Positions 18,331-27,351 of a stretch of 32,000 nucleotides of DNA are shown here, one piece after another. Position numbers and translations under genes: made by a program. How positions within the stretch are numbered: position 1 is the stretch's first letter; the number at the start of each line of letters is the position of its first letter. This DNA is from Candidatus Methylomirabilis oxygeniifera (GTDB lineage: Bacteria > Methylomirabilota > Methylomirabilia > Methylomirabilales > Methylomirabilaceae): assembly GCA_000091165.1 (NCBI GenBank), contig FP565575.1, positions 780,001-812,000 of the forward strand, read 5' to 3'. The notes beneath the pieces are model-generated. The model saw nothing but the letters and a program-made list of their open reading frames with translations, was not told where the DNA came from and did no database searches.

Positions 18331-19314
18331 ATGATCATCACGCGAAGTCCGTTACGAATTTCGCTGGGTGGAGGTGGAACCGACCTGCCATCCTACTACT
18401 GCGAACACAGCGGGTTTGTGATCGCCGCCGCTATTGACAGATATGTGTATATTACGTTGCATCATACCTTCGTGCAGGAGCTGATTATCAAGTACTCCCG
18501 GATGGAGCGGGTCCGGACGATCGATGAGGTGCAGCATCCCATTATCCGTGAGGCGCTGAGGCTCACAGAGGTTGGCGCGCCGTACCTGGAAATTACGAGC
18601 ATGGCTGATATCCCGGCCGGTACCGGCCTGGGTTCTTCAGGGAGCTTTACGACGGCACTGTTGAAGGCGCTTCACGCGCTGCGAAAGAATCTTATTCACC
18701 CGCAGGAACTGGCCGAGCAGGCTTGCCATATCGAAATCGATGTCCTCGAAGAACCGGTCGGTAAGCAGGATCAATACATCGCCGCCTATGGCGGGATCAC
18801 CTGTTTCCGCTTCCTGCCCAACCATCAGGTGGAGGCGTGGCCGCTTAAGATCGATACGGATACCTTATACAATCTGGAAGACAATCTGCTGATGTTCTTT
18901 ACCGGCTATTCGCGATCCGCGTCGACAGTGCTCCAGGAGCAGGATACAAAAAGCAAGCAGAACGATAAGGAGATGATTGCGAACCTGCATTTCGTCAAGG
19001 AGCTGGGCCGGGAAAGCAAAGAGGCGCTGGAGACCGGCAAGCTGGAGCGGTTTGCCGAGCTGATGAACGTCCATTGGGAGCACAAGAAGCAACGTTCAGC
19101 CAACATGAGCAATAACCACATCGACCAGTGGTACCAGTTGGCGCGCGGCAACGGCGCGTTGGGAGGCAAGCTGATTGGAGCCGGCGGCGGCGGCTTCTTG
19201 ATCTTTTACGCGGACGACAAGGTGCGCCTCCGACGGGCGATGCGGGAAGCCGGTTTGCAGGAGGTTCGCTTCCGCTTCGACTTTGAAGGCACAAAGCTGA
19301 TCGCGCAATCATGA
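18331..19314 (+). CDS. hddA: D-glycero-alpha-D-manno-heptose-7-phosphate kinase (GHMP kinase)
   Basis: 327 aa; 'RSPLRISLGGGGTDLPSYY', 'PAGTGLGSSGSFTTALLKAL', 'KLIGAGGGGFLIFY'; adjacent to gmhA, gmhB and hddC. Confidence 0.88.
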   Translation: MIITRSPLRISLGGGGTDLPSYYCEHSGFVIAAAIDRYVYITLHHTFVQELIIKYSRMERVRTIDEVQHPIIREALRLTEVGAPYLEITSMADIPAGTGLGSSGSFTTALLKALHALRKNLIHPQELAEQACHIEIDVLEEPVGKQDQYIAAYGGITCFRFLPNHQVEAWPLKIDTDTLYNLEDNLLMFFTGYSRSASTVLQEQDTKSKQNDKEMIANLHFVKELGRESKEALETGKLERFAELMNVHWEHKKQRSANMSNNHIDQWYQLARGNGALGGKLIGAGGGGFLIFYADDKVRLRRAMREAGLQEVRFRFDFEGTKLIAQS

Positions 19315-20027
19315 GCCCTGGGATGCTCCCGGTCGTCATTCTTGCAGGTGGCGTTGCCACACGGCTGCGGCCCCTGACAGAGACCATCCCCAAAGCCATG
19401 GTCGATGTAAACGGAGAGCCGTTTATCGCCCACCAACTGCGTTTGTTGCGTGCCAACGGGATTGAGCGGGTGATTATCTGCGCGGGATATCTGGGTGAGG
19501 TGGTTCAGGCGTATGTCGGCGATGGTGCGCGCTTTGGATTACAAGCGGCGTTCTCTTTCGATGGATCCCGCCTCTTGGGAACAGGCGGAGCCGTCAAAAA
19601 GGCGTTGCCGTTGCTGGGTGATGCCTTCTTCGTCCTATATGGCGATTCCTACTTACCCTGTGATTATCGTGCCGTGCAGACTGCATTCACGTCGAGCGGC
19701 AGATTGTCGCTCATGACAGTGTTTCGAAATGACGGTCACTGGGATACGAGCAATGTTGAGTTTGTCAATGGACGAGTTGTCGCCTATAATAAACAACATC
19801 GTACGCCAGGAATGCACTACATCGACTACGGGCTTGGGATATTTACGCACTCTGCCTTCGAGATTGTTCCAGATGGCCGATCCTATGATCTGGCTGCATT
19901 GTATCAAGATCTTCTGACAAAGGGTGAATTGGCAGCTTATGAGGTGGGCCAACGCTTTTATGAGATTGGATCGTTAGAGGGTTTAGAGGAAACCCGGCGT
20001 TACTTGGCAGAGCAACCCTGCACCTGA
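19311..20027 (+). CDS. hddC: nucleotidyltransferase, likely D-glycero-alpha-D-manno-heptose 1-phosphate guanylyltransferase
   Basis: 238 aa; 'PVVILAGGVATRLRPLTETIPKAMVDVNGEPF'; ATGA overlap with hddA. Confidence 0.82.
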   Translation: MSPGMLPVVILAGGVATRLRPLTETIPKAMVDVNGEPFIAHQLRLLRANGIERVIICAGYLGEVVQAYVGDGARFGLQAAFSFDGSRLLGTGGAVKKALPLLGDAFFVLYGDSYLPCDYRAVQTAFTSSGRLSLMTVFRNDGHWDTSNVEFVNGRVVAYNKQHRTPGMHYIDYGLGIFTHSAFEIVPDGRSYDLAALYQDLLTKGELAAYEVGQRFYEIGSLEGLEETRRYLAEQPCT

Positions 20028-20041
20028 AGAAGGGGTCATGT

Positions 20042-20638
20042 ATGAGTTTTGTGCAACAGTATCTCTCAGAGGCGGGTCAGATCCTGCCGCAACTTGATAC
20101 GGACGCCATTGATCGAGTCGTGGCCTTACTGGCCGAGACCAGAGCAAGAGGCGGACGGCTGTTCATCCTGGGGGTCGGTGGAAGCGCGGCCAACGCCTCG
20201 CATGCAGTCAATGATTTTCGAAAGCTCGTCGGGTTGGAAACCTATACCCCGACAGATAATGTCTCAGAGCTAACCGCGCGCACAAACGATGAGGGATGGG
20301 CGAGCGTATTCGAGGGGTGGCTGCGTATCAGCCGGGTGCAATCGGATGATCTGGTGCTGGTGTTCTCGGTGGGAGGCGGCAACGTCGAGAACAATATCAG
20401 TCCGAATCTGGTCAGTGCGCTGCAATATGCGAAGCGTGTCGGCGCACGGGTCATAGGAGTGGTTGGGCGGGATGGCGGCTACACGGCGCAAGTCGCAGAT
20501 GCCTGCGTGATTGTCCCAACGGTCAATCCTGCTCACGTGACCCCACATACGGAAGCCTTTCAGGCCGTGATCTGGCATTTGCTGGTCTCGCATCCACAGC
20601 TCAAGGCGGCGGAAACGAAGTGGGAATCTGTTCGATGA
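20042..20638 (+). CDS. gmhA: sedoheptulose 7-phosphate isomerase, SIS domain
   Basis: 198 aa; 'GGRLFILGVGGSAANASHAVNDFRKL', 'TDNVSELTARTNDEGWASVF'. Confidence 0.85.
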   Translation: MSFVQQYLSEAGQILPQLDTDAIDRVVALLAETRARGGRLFILGVGGSAANASHAVNDFRKLVGLETYTPTDNVSELTARTNDEGWASVFEGWLRISRVQSDDLVLVFSVGGGNVENNISPNLVSALQYAKRVGARVIGVVGRDGGYTAQVADACVIVPTVNPAHVTPHTEAFQAVIWHLLVSHPQLKAAETKWESVR

Positions 20639-21198
20639 AGGAGCAATTGCGTCGAGCTGTATTCCTGGACCGCGACGGGGTTCTCAATCGTGCTATTGTG
20701 AAAAACGGAACCCCTCATCCGCCTGCCACTCTCGCGGAGTTAGAGATCGTGCCGGATGCGTCCAAGGCGCTCGAGGCTCTTAGGGCTGCGGGATTTTTGC
20801 TGATCGGTGTCACGAATCAACCCGACGTTGCGCGAGGAACACAGCGACGGGAGGTGGTAGAAGCCATCAACGCTGCGCTGCTTGCAGTGTTGCCCCTGCA
20901 GGAAATGCTGGTTTGCTACCACGACGATCAGGACGGTTGTGACTGTCGTAAGCCTCTGCCTGGCCTTTTGATTCAGGCCGCTGCCAGATATGGGATCGAT
21001 CTGCCGTTGAGCTTCATGATCGGTGATCGCTGGAAAGATGTTGAAACCGGACGTCGAGCCGGCTGTACGACCGTTCTGATAGGCTGCGGTTATGAGGAGA
21101 TGAGGCCTGACATCGCATCGGATTATACCGCGCATTCGCTTTCCGAGGCAGCAGTGCGGATTCTTAGTCGCTCCAATGCGGAGGGTGGAACCGTATGA
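20635..21198 (+). CDS. gmhB: D-glycero-D-manno-heptose 1,7-bisphosphate phosphatase (HAD)
   Basis: ATG at 20635 overlapping the gmhA stop; 'AVFLDRDGVLNRAIV', 'YHDDQDGCDCRKPLPGLL', 'FMIGDRWKDVETG'. Confidence 0.88.
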   Translation: MKEQLRRAVFLDRDGVLNRAIVKNGTPHPPATLAELEIVPDASKALEALRAAGFLLIGVTNQPDVARGTQRREVVEAINAALLAVLPLQEMLVCYHDDQDGCDCRKPLPGLLIQAAARYGIDLPLSFMIGDRWKDVETGRRAGCTTVLIGCGYEEMRPDIASDYTAHSLSEAAVRILSRSNAEGGTV

Positions 21199-21911
21199 AA
21201 TCCGTATCCGAATTAAGGGTCAAAATATTCGCAGACGGCGCGGACAAGACCGGCATCCTGGAAATGTACCGCAACCCGCTGATCAAAGGTTTCACCACCA
21301 ATCCGACGCTGATGCGTAAAGCCGGAGTCTCGGACTATCAGGCCTTTGCGTTTGACATCCTGCGAGCTATCCCCGATCGTCCCATTTCTTTCGAGGTCTT
21401 CTCAGACGACTTCACAGAGATGGCCCGTCAGGCCCGTAAGATCGCAGGATGGGGCGAGAACGTCTATGTGAAGATCCCCGTCACAAACACCCAGGGCGAG
21501 TCGTCCGCAAAGCTGGTTTATGATCTCGCGCGAGAAGGGGTAAAACTGAACGTGACAGCGCTGACAGCGCTGGATCAGGTGCGCGAGATGAGCGCCGCTC
21601 TGGCGGGAGGACCTCCGGCTATTGTGTCGGTTTTCGCCGGACGTGTCGCGGATACCGGCAGAGACCCCGTGCCGCATATGGCGGAGGCCGTGGAGTGTGT
21701 GCGTTCGTACCGGAATATTGAATTGATCTGGGCCAGCCCACGCGAGCTGCTCAATATCATTCAAGCCGACGCCATTGGCTGTCACATCATTACTGTGACA
21801 CAAGATATTTTGAAGAAATTGCACCTCATCGGCAAGGACCTGCATGAGTACTCACTCGACACTGTCAAGATGTTTCACGATGATGCCAGGAACGTCGGCT
21901 ATACGCTGTAG
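21195..21911 (+). CDS. transaldolase family protein
   Basis: 238 aa; 'IKGFTTNPTLMRKAGVSDY', 'VYVKIPVTN', 'LNVTALTALDQVR'; ATGA overlap with gmhB. Confidence 0.85.
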   Translation: MKSVSELRVKIFADGADKTGILEMYRNPLIKGFTTNPTLMRKAGVSDYQAFAFDILRAIPDRPISFEVFSDDFTEMARQARKIAGWGENVYVKIPVTNTQGESSAKLVYDLAREGVKLNVTALTALDQVREMSAALAGGPPAIVSVFAGRVADTGRDPVPHMAEAVECVRSYRNIELIWASPRELLNIIQADAIGCHIITVTQDILKKLHLIGKDLHEYSLDTVKMFHDDARNVGYTL

Positions 21912-22016
21912 AACCCGGATGGTCCCGCCTGTCGGAGAAGGGACCAGCCCGGTACGAGTAGGATTTACGGAGCTACCGCAGGTGGCTCCATCGGACGCGT
22001 CACGAGGAGCACTCAC

Positions 22017-23057
22017 ATGAAGACCGCACTTATTACCGGCATTACCGGGCAGGACGGCTCGTACCTGACCGAGCTGCTGCTTGCGAAGGGCTACACGGTC
22101 CACGGGCTGATCCGGCGGGCCAGTACGTTTCATACGGAGCGGATCGAGCATCTGTACCAGGATCCGCACGACCCCGAGACCCGTGTCGTCCTGCACTATG
22201 GCGATCTCGCCGATTCCAGCCAGCTTACGAATCTCTTCTATCAGGTCCGGCCGGATGAGGTCTATCACCTGGGGGCGCAAAGCCACGTCCGCGTGAGCTT
22301 CGACATGCCGGACTACACGGGCGACATTACCGGGCTAGGCACAGTCCGGCTGCTGGAGGCGATCCGCAAGAGCGGGGTGGGGTGTCGGATCTACCAGGCC
22401 TCCAGCAGCGAGATGTTTGGGGACGCCCCCGCGCCCCAGAACGAACAGAGCGCCTTCCAGCCGCGCAGCCCCTATGCGGCCGCCAAGCTGTACGCCTACT
22501 GGATGGTGCGCAATTACCGGGAAGGGTACGGGCTCTTTGCCTGTAACGGCATTATGTTTAATCACGAGTCGCCACGGCGGGGGGAGACCTTCGTGACCCG
22601 CAAGATTACACGGGCGGTATCCGCTATCCTCGCCGGACGGCAGAAGATGCTGTTCCTGGGTAACCTTGAGGCTCGCCGCGATTGGGGGTTTGCGCCGGAG
22701 TACGTCGAGGGGATGTGGCTGATGCTCCAGCAGTCGGCGCCGTGCGACCTGGTGTTCGGGACCGGGGAGACCCATTCGGTACGGGAGTTCGTCGAGGAGG
22801 CCTTCGGCTACGTGAACTTGGACTGGCGAGACTATGTGACCGAGGACCCGCGCTACCGCCGCCCCACCGAGGTCCCGCTCCTGCTGGCCGATCCCTCCGA
22901 GGCCAAGCGACGCCTCGGGTGGCAGCCAACCGTCGCATTCCGGGACTTGGTCCGGATCATGATGGACGCCGATCTGGAGGCCGCGGGCCTACCCGCGCCA
23001 GGGCAGGGGACACACTGTCTGACCGACGGTCGACTGGCATGGCTCAGGAAGCCGTGA
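22017..23057 (+). CDS. gmd: GDP-mannose 4,6-dehydratase-type enzyme
   Basis: 346 aa; '[47 protein letters not shown]', 'QASSSEMFG', '[12 protein letters not shown]', '[16 protein letters not shown]'. Confidence 0.92.
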   Translation: MKTALITGITGQDGSYLTELLLAKGYTVHGLIRRASTFHTERIEHLYQDPHDPETRVVLHYGDLADSSQLTNLFYQVRPDEVYHLGAQSHVRVSFDMPDYTGDITGLGTVRLLEAIRKSGVGCRIYQASSSEMFGDAPAPQNEQSAFQPRSPYAAAKLYAYWMVRNYREGYGLFACNGIMFNHESPRRGETFVTRKITRAVSAILAGRQKMLFLGNLEARRDWGFAPEYVEGMWLMLQQSAPCDLVFGTGETHSVREFVEEAFGYVNLDWRDYVTEDPRYRRPTEVPLLLADPSEAKRRLGWQPTVAFRDLVRIMMDADLEAAGLPAPGQGTHCLTDGRLAWLRKP

Positions 23058-23156
23058 GCGATCGCCATTCCTCTTCGGTGGGCCCAACACATCTGTCGGC
23101 ACCGGAAGCTCACCGGTATATCGGCTCGTTTCGTCACATCCGAGGCAACTGATGGA

Positions 23157-23717
23157 CTACCCCAGCACGACCTCTGTCGGTAGCACGATCTCCGGCAGCG
23201 CAAGGGGGGACAACACTTCTCCCAGCCCAATCGATCGGACCTCTCGGTACCCCATTGGGGTAGGATCTCGATAGATCGCGATCGTCCGCTGAGTCAAGGT
23301 GACGAGCCAGACCTCGGAGATGCCGGCTTGGGCGTACAGTGGCACCTTGACCTCGCGGTCCACCCCAGCAGAGGTCTCGGCCACCTCCACGACAAGCAGG
23401 ATAGCCTCTGGACCAGGATGGGCCTCGGCGTAGAAGTCGGGTTTGGGTCTCGCCAGGACCAGGTCGGGCTGAAGCTCTGAAAGGCGGCTCAACCGAATCG
23501 GATTCTGGACCCGGACGATAGCGGCCTCCCCCACTCGCTGTGAGAACAGCCGGTTCAGTCGATCGACGCAGGCGGCATGGCGACTCCCAATAGGTGTCAT
23601 CTCGATCAGCTCTCCCTCGACCAGCTCAACCCGGCTGTCCCCTGTCAGAATGCGGGACTCAGCCATCCGATGAAACTCCTCCACCGTGAAACGATGCCTC
23701 GCAAGCTGGACCGTCAT
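23157..23717 (-). CDS. Uma2-family endonuclease-like (DUF820) protein
   Basis: 186 aa; 'RHRFTVEEFHRMAESRILTGDSRVELVEGELIEMTPIGSRHAACVDRLNRLF...LQPDLVLARP...LLVVEVAETS...KVPLYAQAGISEVWLV'. The sequence shows CAT at 23715-23717 and CTA at 23157-23159, so the gene is on the minus strand although the track says plus. Confidence 0.88.
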   Translation of the reverse strand: MTVQLARHRFTVEEFHRMAESRILTGDSRVELVEGELIEMTPIGSRHAACVDRLNRLFSQRVGEAAIVRVQNPIRLSRLSELQPDLVLARPKPDFYAEAHPGPEAILLVVEVAETSAGVDREVKVPLYAQAGISEVWLVTLTQRTIAIYRDPTPMGYREVRSIGLGEVLSPLALPEIVLPTEVVLG

Positions 23718-24002
23718 GTCGCATCTCCTGCATCGACAAGATTATTCGCCTCTGTTCTTGGGTGCGAAGTTCCCCTCGTCCTTGGCCCTAGCGTATAGCA
23801 GAACCCATGCGAAGAGCAAGCTCACATTTAGGCTGGCCACTGAGATCACCGTCGGAGGCACAAAGAAGGGACGGATGAGTTCATCGATACGAAGGCAAAG
23901 CAAACATCGCAACACGCCGAGCACTTTCTTGAGGCGGTCGCGGCGTATTTTCAGGAGCGAGGAGATGACGTCCTTTTGAGAGAAGAGATCGGTGATCCAG
24001 GA

Positions 24003-24584
24003 CTAGGCGAGCGCCTCATCCACCTGAGCTTCAAACCCCACCAAGACCGACGATCGAGCTCTTTCCTCATGGCCGAAGCGCCCAATCAGACGATAACTCC
24101 CTTGCTCTAAGGCAAACACCTCTATCGTTCCCCCCTCCCAATCTACGATCCAATATTCGCCCACGCCGCATTGCTCATACAGCGCCTTTTTCTCAACATG
24201 GTCTCGTCGTCACGTCCCTGGTGAGACGACTTCCACGATCAGATCAGGCGCTTCGTGAATCTGATCCCGAATGATCGCTTGTCTGGCATGTGAGATATAG
24301 ACGATATCGGGTTGCACGACCCGCCGTGGTGTCAGGACGACATCCAACGGCGCAAGTAAGATTTCGTCCAATTGATGCATGGACACAAATTGAGCCAGCA
24401 GGCGAGCCACACGGAAAGAGATTCTCTGGTGCTGGGCAACCGGTGAAGGCGTCTTGACGAGATCTCCTTCCCATAGTTCGGTCGGCTGATTCGTCTCGGT
24501 TTTCTCAGCGAGCAGTTCGTTGTACGTCCACACTCGCTTCCTCCGTAACACCTTTGTAGCCATCCCGGGCACCTCCTCCGCCAC
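24003..24584 (-). pseudogene. Uma2-family gene interrupted by one in-frame TGA
   Basis: The 24584..24210 frame ends '...APDLIVEVVSPGT*'. The same frame continues 'RRDHVEKKALYEQCGVGEYWIVDWEGGTIEVFALEQGSYRLIGRFGHEERARSSVLVGFEAQVDEALA*' to 24003. Confidence 0.8.
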
Positions 24585-24708
24585 TCACCAACCCTCAGCC
24601 TGCGAGAGCATGCCTGGGCGAACCGGCCAGACGCAGGTGAGGTTACTCCTCGTCTCTCTTTACCGCATAGAGGTGACGGCCGTCAAGCATGACGCCGCGC
24701 ACCCCAAC

Positions 24709-24966
24709 GTCAACGAGGCTTTCGACTACGTCAACCCCGACTGACGCGACTACGTCACCGAGGACCCACGCTACCGCCGCCCAACCGAGGTCCCGCTCCT
24801 GCCGGCCGATCCCTCCGAGGCCAAGCGACGCCTCGGGTGGTAGCCGACGGTGACCTTCCGCAACCTGGTTCGGATCATGGTGGATGCCGACCTGGAGGCT
24901 GTAGGTCGGACCGCGCCGGGGCAGGGGACGCAGTGCCTGACCGATAGTCGGCCGGCGTGGCTTCAA
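24709..24966 (+). pseudogene. decayed duplicate of the gmd 3' end
   Basis: Colinear with 22796-23054 of gmd ('actatgtgaccgaggacccgcgctaccgccgcccc...' versus 'actacgtcaccgaggacccacgctaccgccgccca...'); in-frame stops TGA 24742-24744 and TAG 24841-24843. Confidence 0.85.
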
Positions 24967-25036
24967 TGGGCGAGCTTGACTTCTGCCCGGGTGGTCAGTA
25001 GACTGCCGTTGATTGTGCGGGTCTGGTTCGCGCGGC

Positions 25037-26215
25037 TTACGCGTGTTTGACCAGGGCCATCAGTATGACGCCTGACGCTGCGGCGATCAGCAGCGCGGCC
25101 AGCAGGAATTCCATCCCCAGCGCGCTGAGAAATCCCGCAGCGACTCCGCCCGCGAAACTGCCGAGGAATTGCAGAGAATGGTACGTTCCTAAGGCCGTTC
25201 CATACACGGTCTTCGGTGACGCTTTGGTAATGAGGCTGGGGAGGATCGGTTCAAGACTCGAGAAGCCGGCAAAGAACAACATGCCTGCAATCATGAGAAC
25301 CATGAGCGGATGAGCGTGAGGGCCAAGGGCGGCTTCTCGAAAGAGCAGCCATGCGCTGATTGACAGGATGATGAAGGCCGTCACACCTGCTGATTTTGCC
25401 CGACCCGTGTCGGCTGCTCGGGAGGCCCCAAACATTACGACCACGCCGACGAGGAGCATCGGACCAAGTAAGAGGTAGTAGTTATGCAGGGGCAGGTGGC
25501 GGCGAGCCAGCAAGGGAAAGTAGAAGAAGAAGCTGCTGATGAAGAACGACGTCAGGAATCCACAGAGATCCAGCTTGACGATATCGGGGATCTTGAGCAC
25601 CGAGACGACCGAGAGCCGGTCGCTGGAGATGTCGGTCGTTGTTCGCTCCCGTGGCGGCTCCTTGACGGCAATCGCGAGGTAGCCGGCTGCGAGCAGGCTC
25701 AAAAGGCCGGACAGCCAGAAGAGCGACGCGTACCCGCTCAGACTCGCGATTATCGGTCCGGCCAGGATGCCGCCGACGAAGGAAAGGCCGATGGAGGCCC
25801 CAAGAAAGGCCATGGCGGTTGCGCGGTTCTTCTCGTCGATCGAATCGGCGACCAGCGCGAATGCGGCAGAACTGACGGCGCCGGTCCCCTGGATCAGGCG
25901 GGCGGCGATCAGGGCGAAGATGTTGGGAGGTACGGCGGCCAGAATGGAGCCCACACTGTGAAGCACAAGGCCGATGAGTAAGAGCGGCTTCCGCCCAAAT
26001 CGATCCGACAGGCGGCCAAACGGGATCTGAAGCAGGGCATTGGTCAGCCCGTAGCTGCCGAAGGCAAGGCCGATCAGCGGTTTTGAGTCGGTTAATTGCT
26101 CTCCATAGAGCGTAAAGACGGGCAGCACGAGAAAGATGCCGAGCATCCGAATCGCGATGGTGATGCTCAACGTGGCGATCGTGCGCTTTTGATCCGGCGA
26201 AAAATGTGCACGCAT
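25037..26215 (-). CDS. MFS transporter (YajR-like)
   Basis: 392 aa; 'GLAFGSYGLTNALLQIPFGRLSDRFGRKPLLLIGLVLHSVGSILAAV' MFS signature; about 12 hydrophobic segments. Confidence 0.9.
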   Translation of the reverse strand: MRAHFSPDQKRTIATLSITIAIRMLGIFLVLPVFTLYGEQLTDSKPLIGLAFGSYGLTNALLQIPFGRLSDRFGRKPLLLIGLVLHSVGSILAAVPPNIFALIAARLIQGTGAVSSAAFALVADSIDEKNRATAMAFLGASIGLSFVGGILAGPIIASLSGYASLFWLSGLLSLLAAGYLAIAVKEPPRERTTTDISSDRLSVVSVLKIPDIVKLDLCGFLTSFFISSFFFYFPLLARRHLPLHNYYLLLGPMLLVGVVVMFGASRAADTGRAKSAGVTAFIILSISAWLLFREAALGPHAHPLMVLMIAGMLFFAGFSSLEPILPSLITKASPKTVYGTALGTYHSLQFLGSFAGGVAAGFLSALGMEFLLAALLIAAASGVILMALVKHA

Positions 26216-26331
26216 TGTGTGGAAGCTTTCTGCTGAAGGGGGACGGCCGTCTGTTCATAGCAGGTCTACAGAGGGGTGTCAATACTATCAGTGCAGGATG
26301 CCGGTATGGTTAGTGATCTGGGATCACCATT

Positions 26332-27057
26332 GTGAACATCGAGGTGGCATTCAGTCGGTTGGATCCGGCCTGCCGGTTTGCCTGCGGTCGAGCGGTAGCC
26401 GTCATCGACGTGATACGGGCGACGACGACCATCACCATGGCGCTGTACCAGGGTTGCGCCGGTGTCATTCCCGTACGAACGCTCAGCGAGGCCAGGACCG
26501 TCGCTCGGAGGCTGGGCAAAGAAGCCCTGCTTGCAGGAGAACGGGGCGCAGTAAGGGCCGCTGGCTTTGACCTCGGGAATTCTCCGGCTGAGTACGGGCG
26601 AGAGCGCGTCAAGGGTAAGACGGTTGTCCTGACGACCACGAACGGGACTCGTACATTCCAGACTGCCTCGGAGGCCCGGGCAATCATCGCCTGCTCATTC
26701 CTGAACGCGGCTGCTGCGGCACGCTGGCTCATAGGTACCGGGCTCGACATCCTCATTGTATGCGCGGGCCGACAGGGCCGTTTCTGCCTGGAAGACGTTG
26801 TGGGTAGCGGGATGTTGATCGATCGCGTACTCAACATCTCTGATAATTCGATTGAGTGCAGCGATGCCGCCTGGGCCGCCCACCAGCTTTTTTCAAACTA
26901 TCGAGGCGACCTGCTTGGGATGCTCCGAGGCTGCGAATGGGGGGGAGAGATTATTCGTAAAGGTTTTGGGGCGGACCTGGAGATCTGCGCGCAAGTCGAT
27001 CTGACCGACATCGTGCCCGTCATGCGGGCAGGCCGTCTCGTGGCGGAGCGCCCATGA
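26332..27057 (+). CDS. comB: 2-phosphosulfolactate phosphatase family protein
   Basis: 241 aa, GTG start; 'VAVIDVIRATTTITMALYQGC', 'LAGERGAVRAAGFDLGNSPAEY', 'VVLTTTNGTRTF', 'VCAGRQGRFCLEDVVGSGML'. Confidence 0.88.
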   Translation: MNIEVAFSRLDPACRFACGRAVAVIDVIRATTTITMALYQGCAGVIPVRTLSEARTVARRLGKEALLAGERGAVRAAGFDLGNSPAEYGRERVKGKTVVLTTTNGTRTFQTASEARAIIACSFLNAAAAARWLIGTGLDILIVCAGRQGRFCLEDVVGSGMLIDRVLNISDNSIECSDAAWAAHQLFSNYRGDLLGMLRGCEWGGEIIRKGFGADLEICAQVDLTDIVPVMRAGRLVAERP

Positions 27058-27089
27058 TCGGTTCTTGAGCAGGCCAGATAGTCCGCTCC

Positions 27090-27118
27090 TTGACAGAAAC
27101 GAGGTTGGTACCTACATT
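27090..27118 (+). promoter_or_regulatory. sigma70-type promoter candidate
   Basis: TTGACA (27090-27095), exact 17-nt spacer, TACATT (27113-27118). Confidence 0.5.
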
Positions 27119-27124
27119 GAACAT

Positions 27125-27280
27125 GAAGGCGGCGATGTGTGAGTTGTACCCCATGGAGAGGAAATAGTCCATGGGGGTGGTACGGGAAAGAGAAACGCCT
27201 GAACGTTCGAATGTGTAAGAGGTTGATGTACGTGTACAGCCCTTCAGGTCCTGCCGCCTACCTGAAGGGCTGTACTGTTT
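27125..27280 (+). ncRNA. candidate structured small RNA or attenuator leader upstream of the CBS gene
   Basis: Promoter candidate, then hairpin ccccatgg(27149-27156)/ccatgggg(27169-27176), then a perfect 16-bp stem 27234-27249/27260-27275 followed by tgtttt. No convincing ORF spans it. Confidence 0.4.
27234..27280 (+). terminator. intrinsic terminator-like hairpin
   Basis: gtacagcccttcaggt / acctgaagggctgtac perfect 16-bp stem, 10-nt loop, followed by TGTTTT. Confidence 0.6.
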
Positions 27281-27351
27281 TGAGGCGGGGTGGTCGGAGA
27301 GGAGGGGCCGCCTCGTTCATGTTATCCGGCAGTTACAAGGAGGGATAGAAG

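Noticed and set aside
20270-20593. 107-aa minus-strand ORF and similar antisense ORFs over hddA, hddC, gmhA, gmhB and transaldolase
   Set aside because: They overlap well-supported plus-strand genes and show no family motifs.
22682-23152. 156-aa plus-strand ORF and 22853..23230 minus-strand ORF
   Set aside because: Out-of-frame and antisense overlaps of the gmd CDS.
25484-25981. 165-aa plus-strand ORF
   Set aside because: Antisense to the MFS CDS; its charged G/E/D-rich sequence is a shadow of membrane-helix codons.
25482-26282. 266-aa minus-strand ORF overlapping the MFS gene
   Set aside because: Alternative frame on the same strand as the convincing MFS transporter; low-complexity R/P/A-rich translation typical of a shadow frame.
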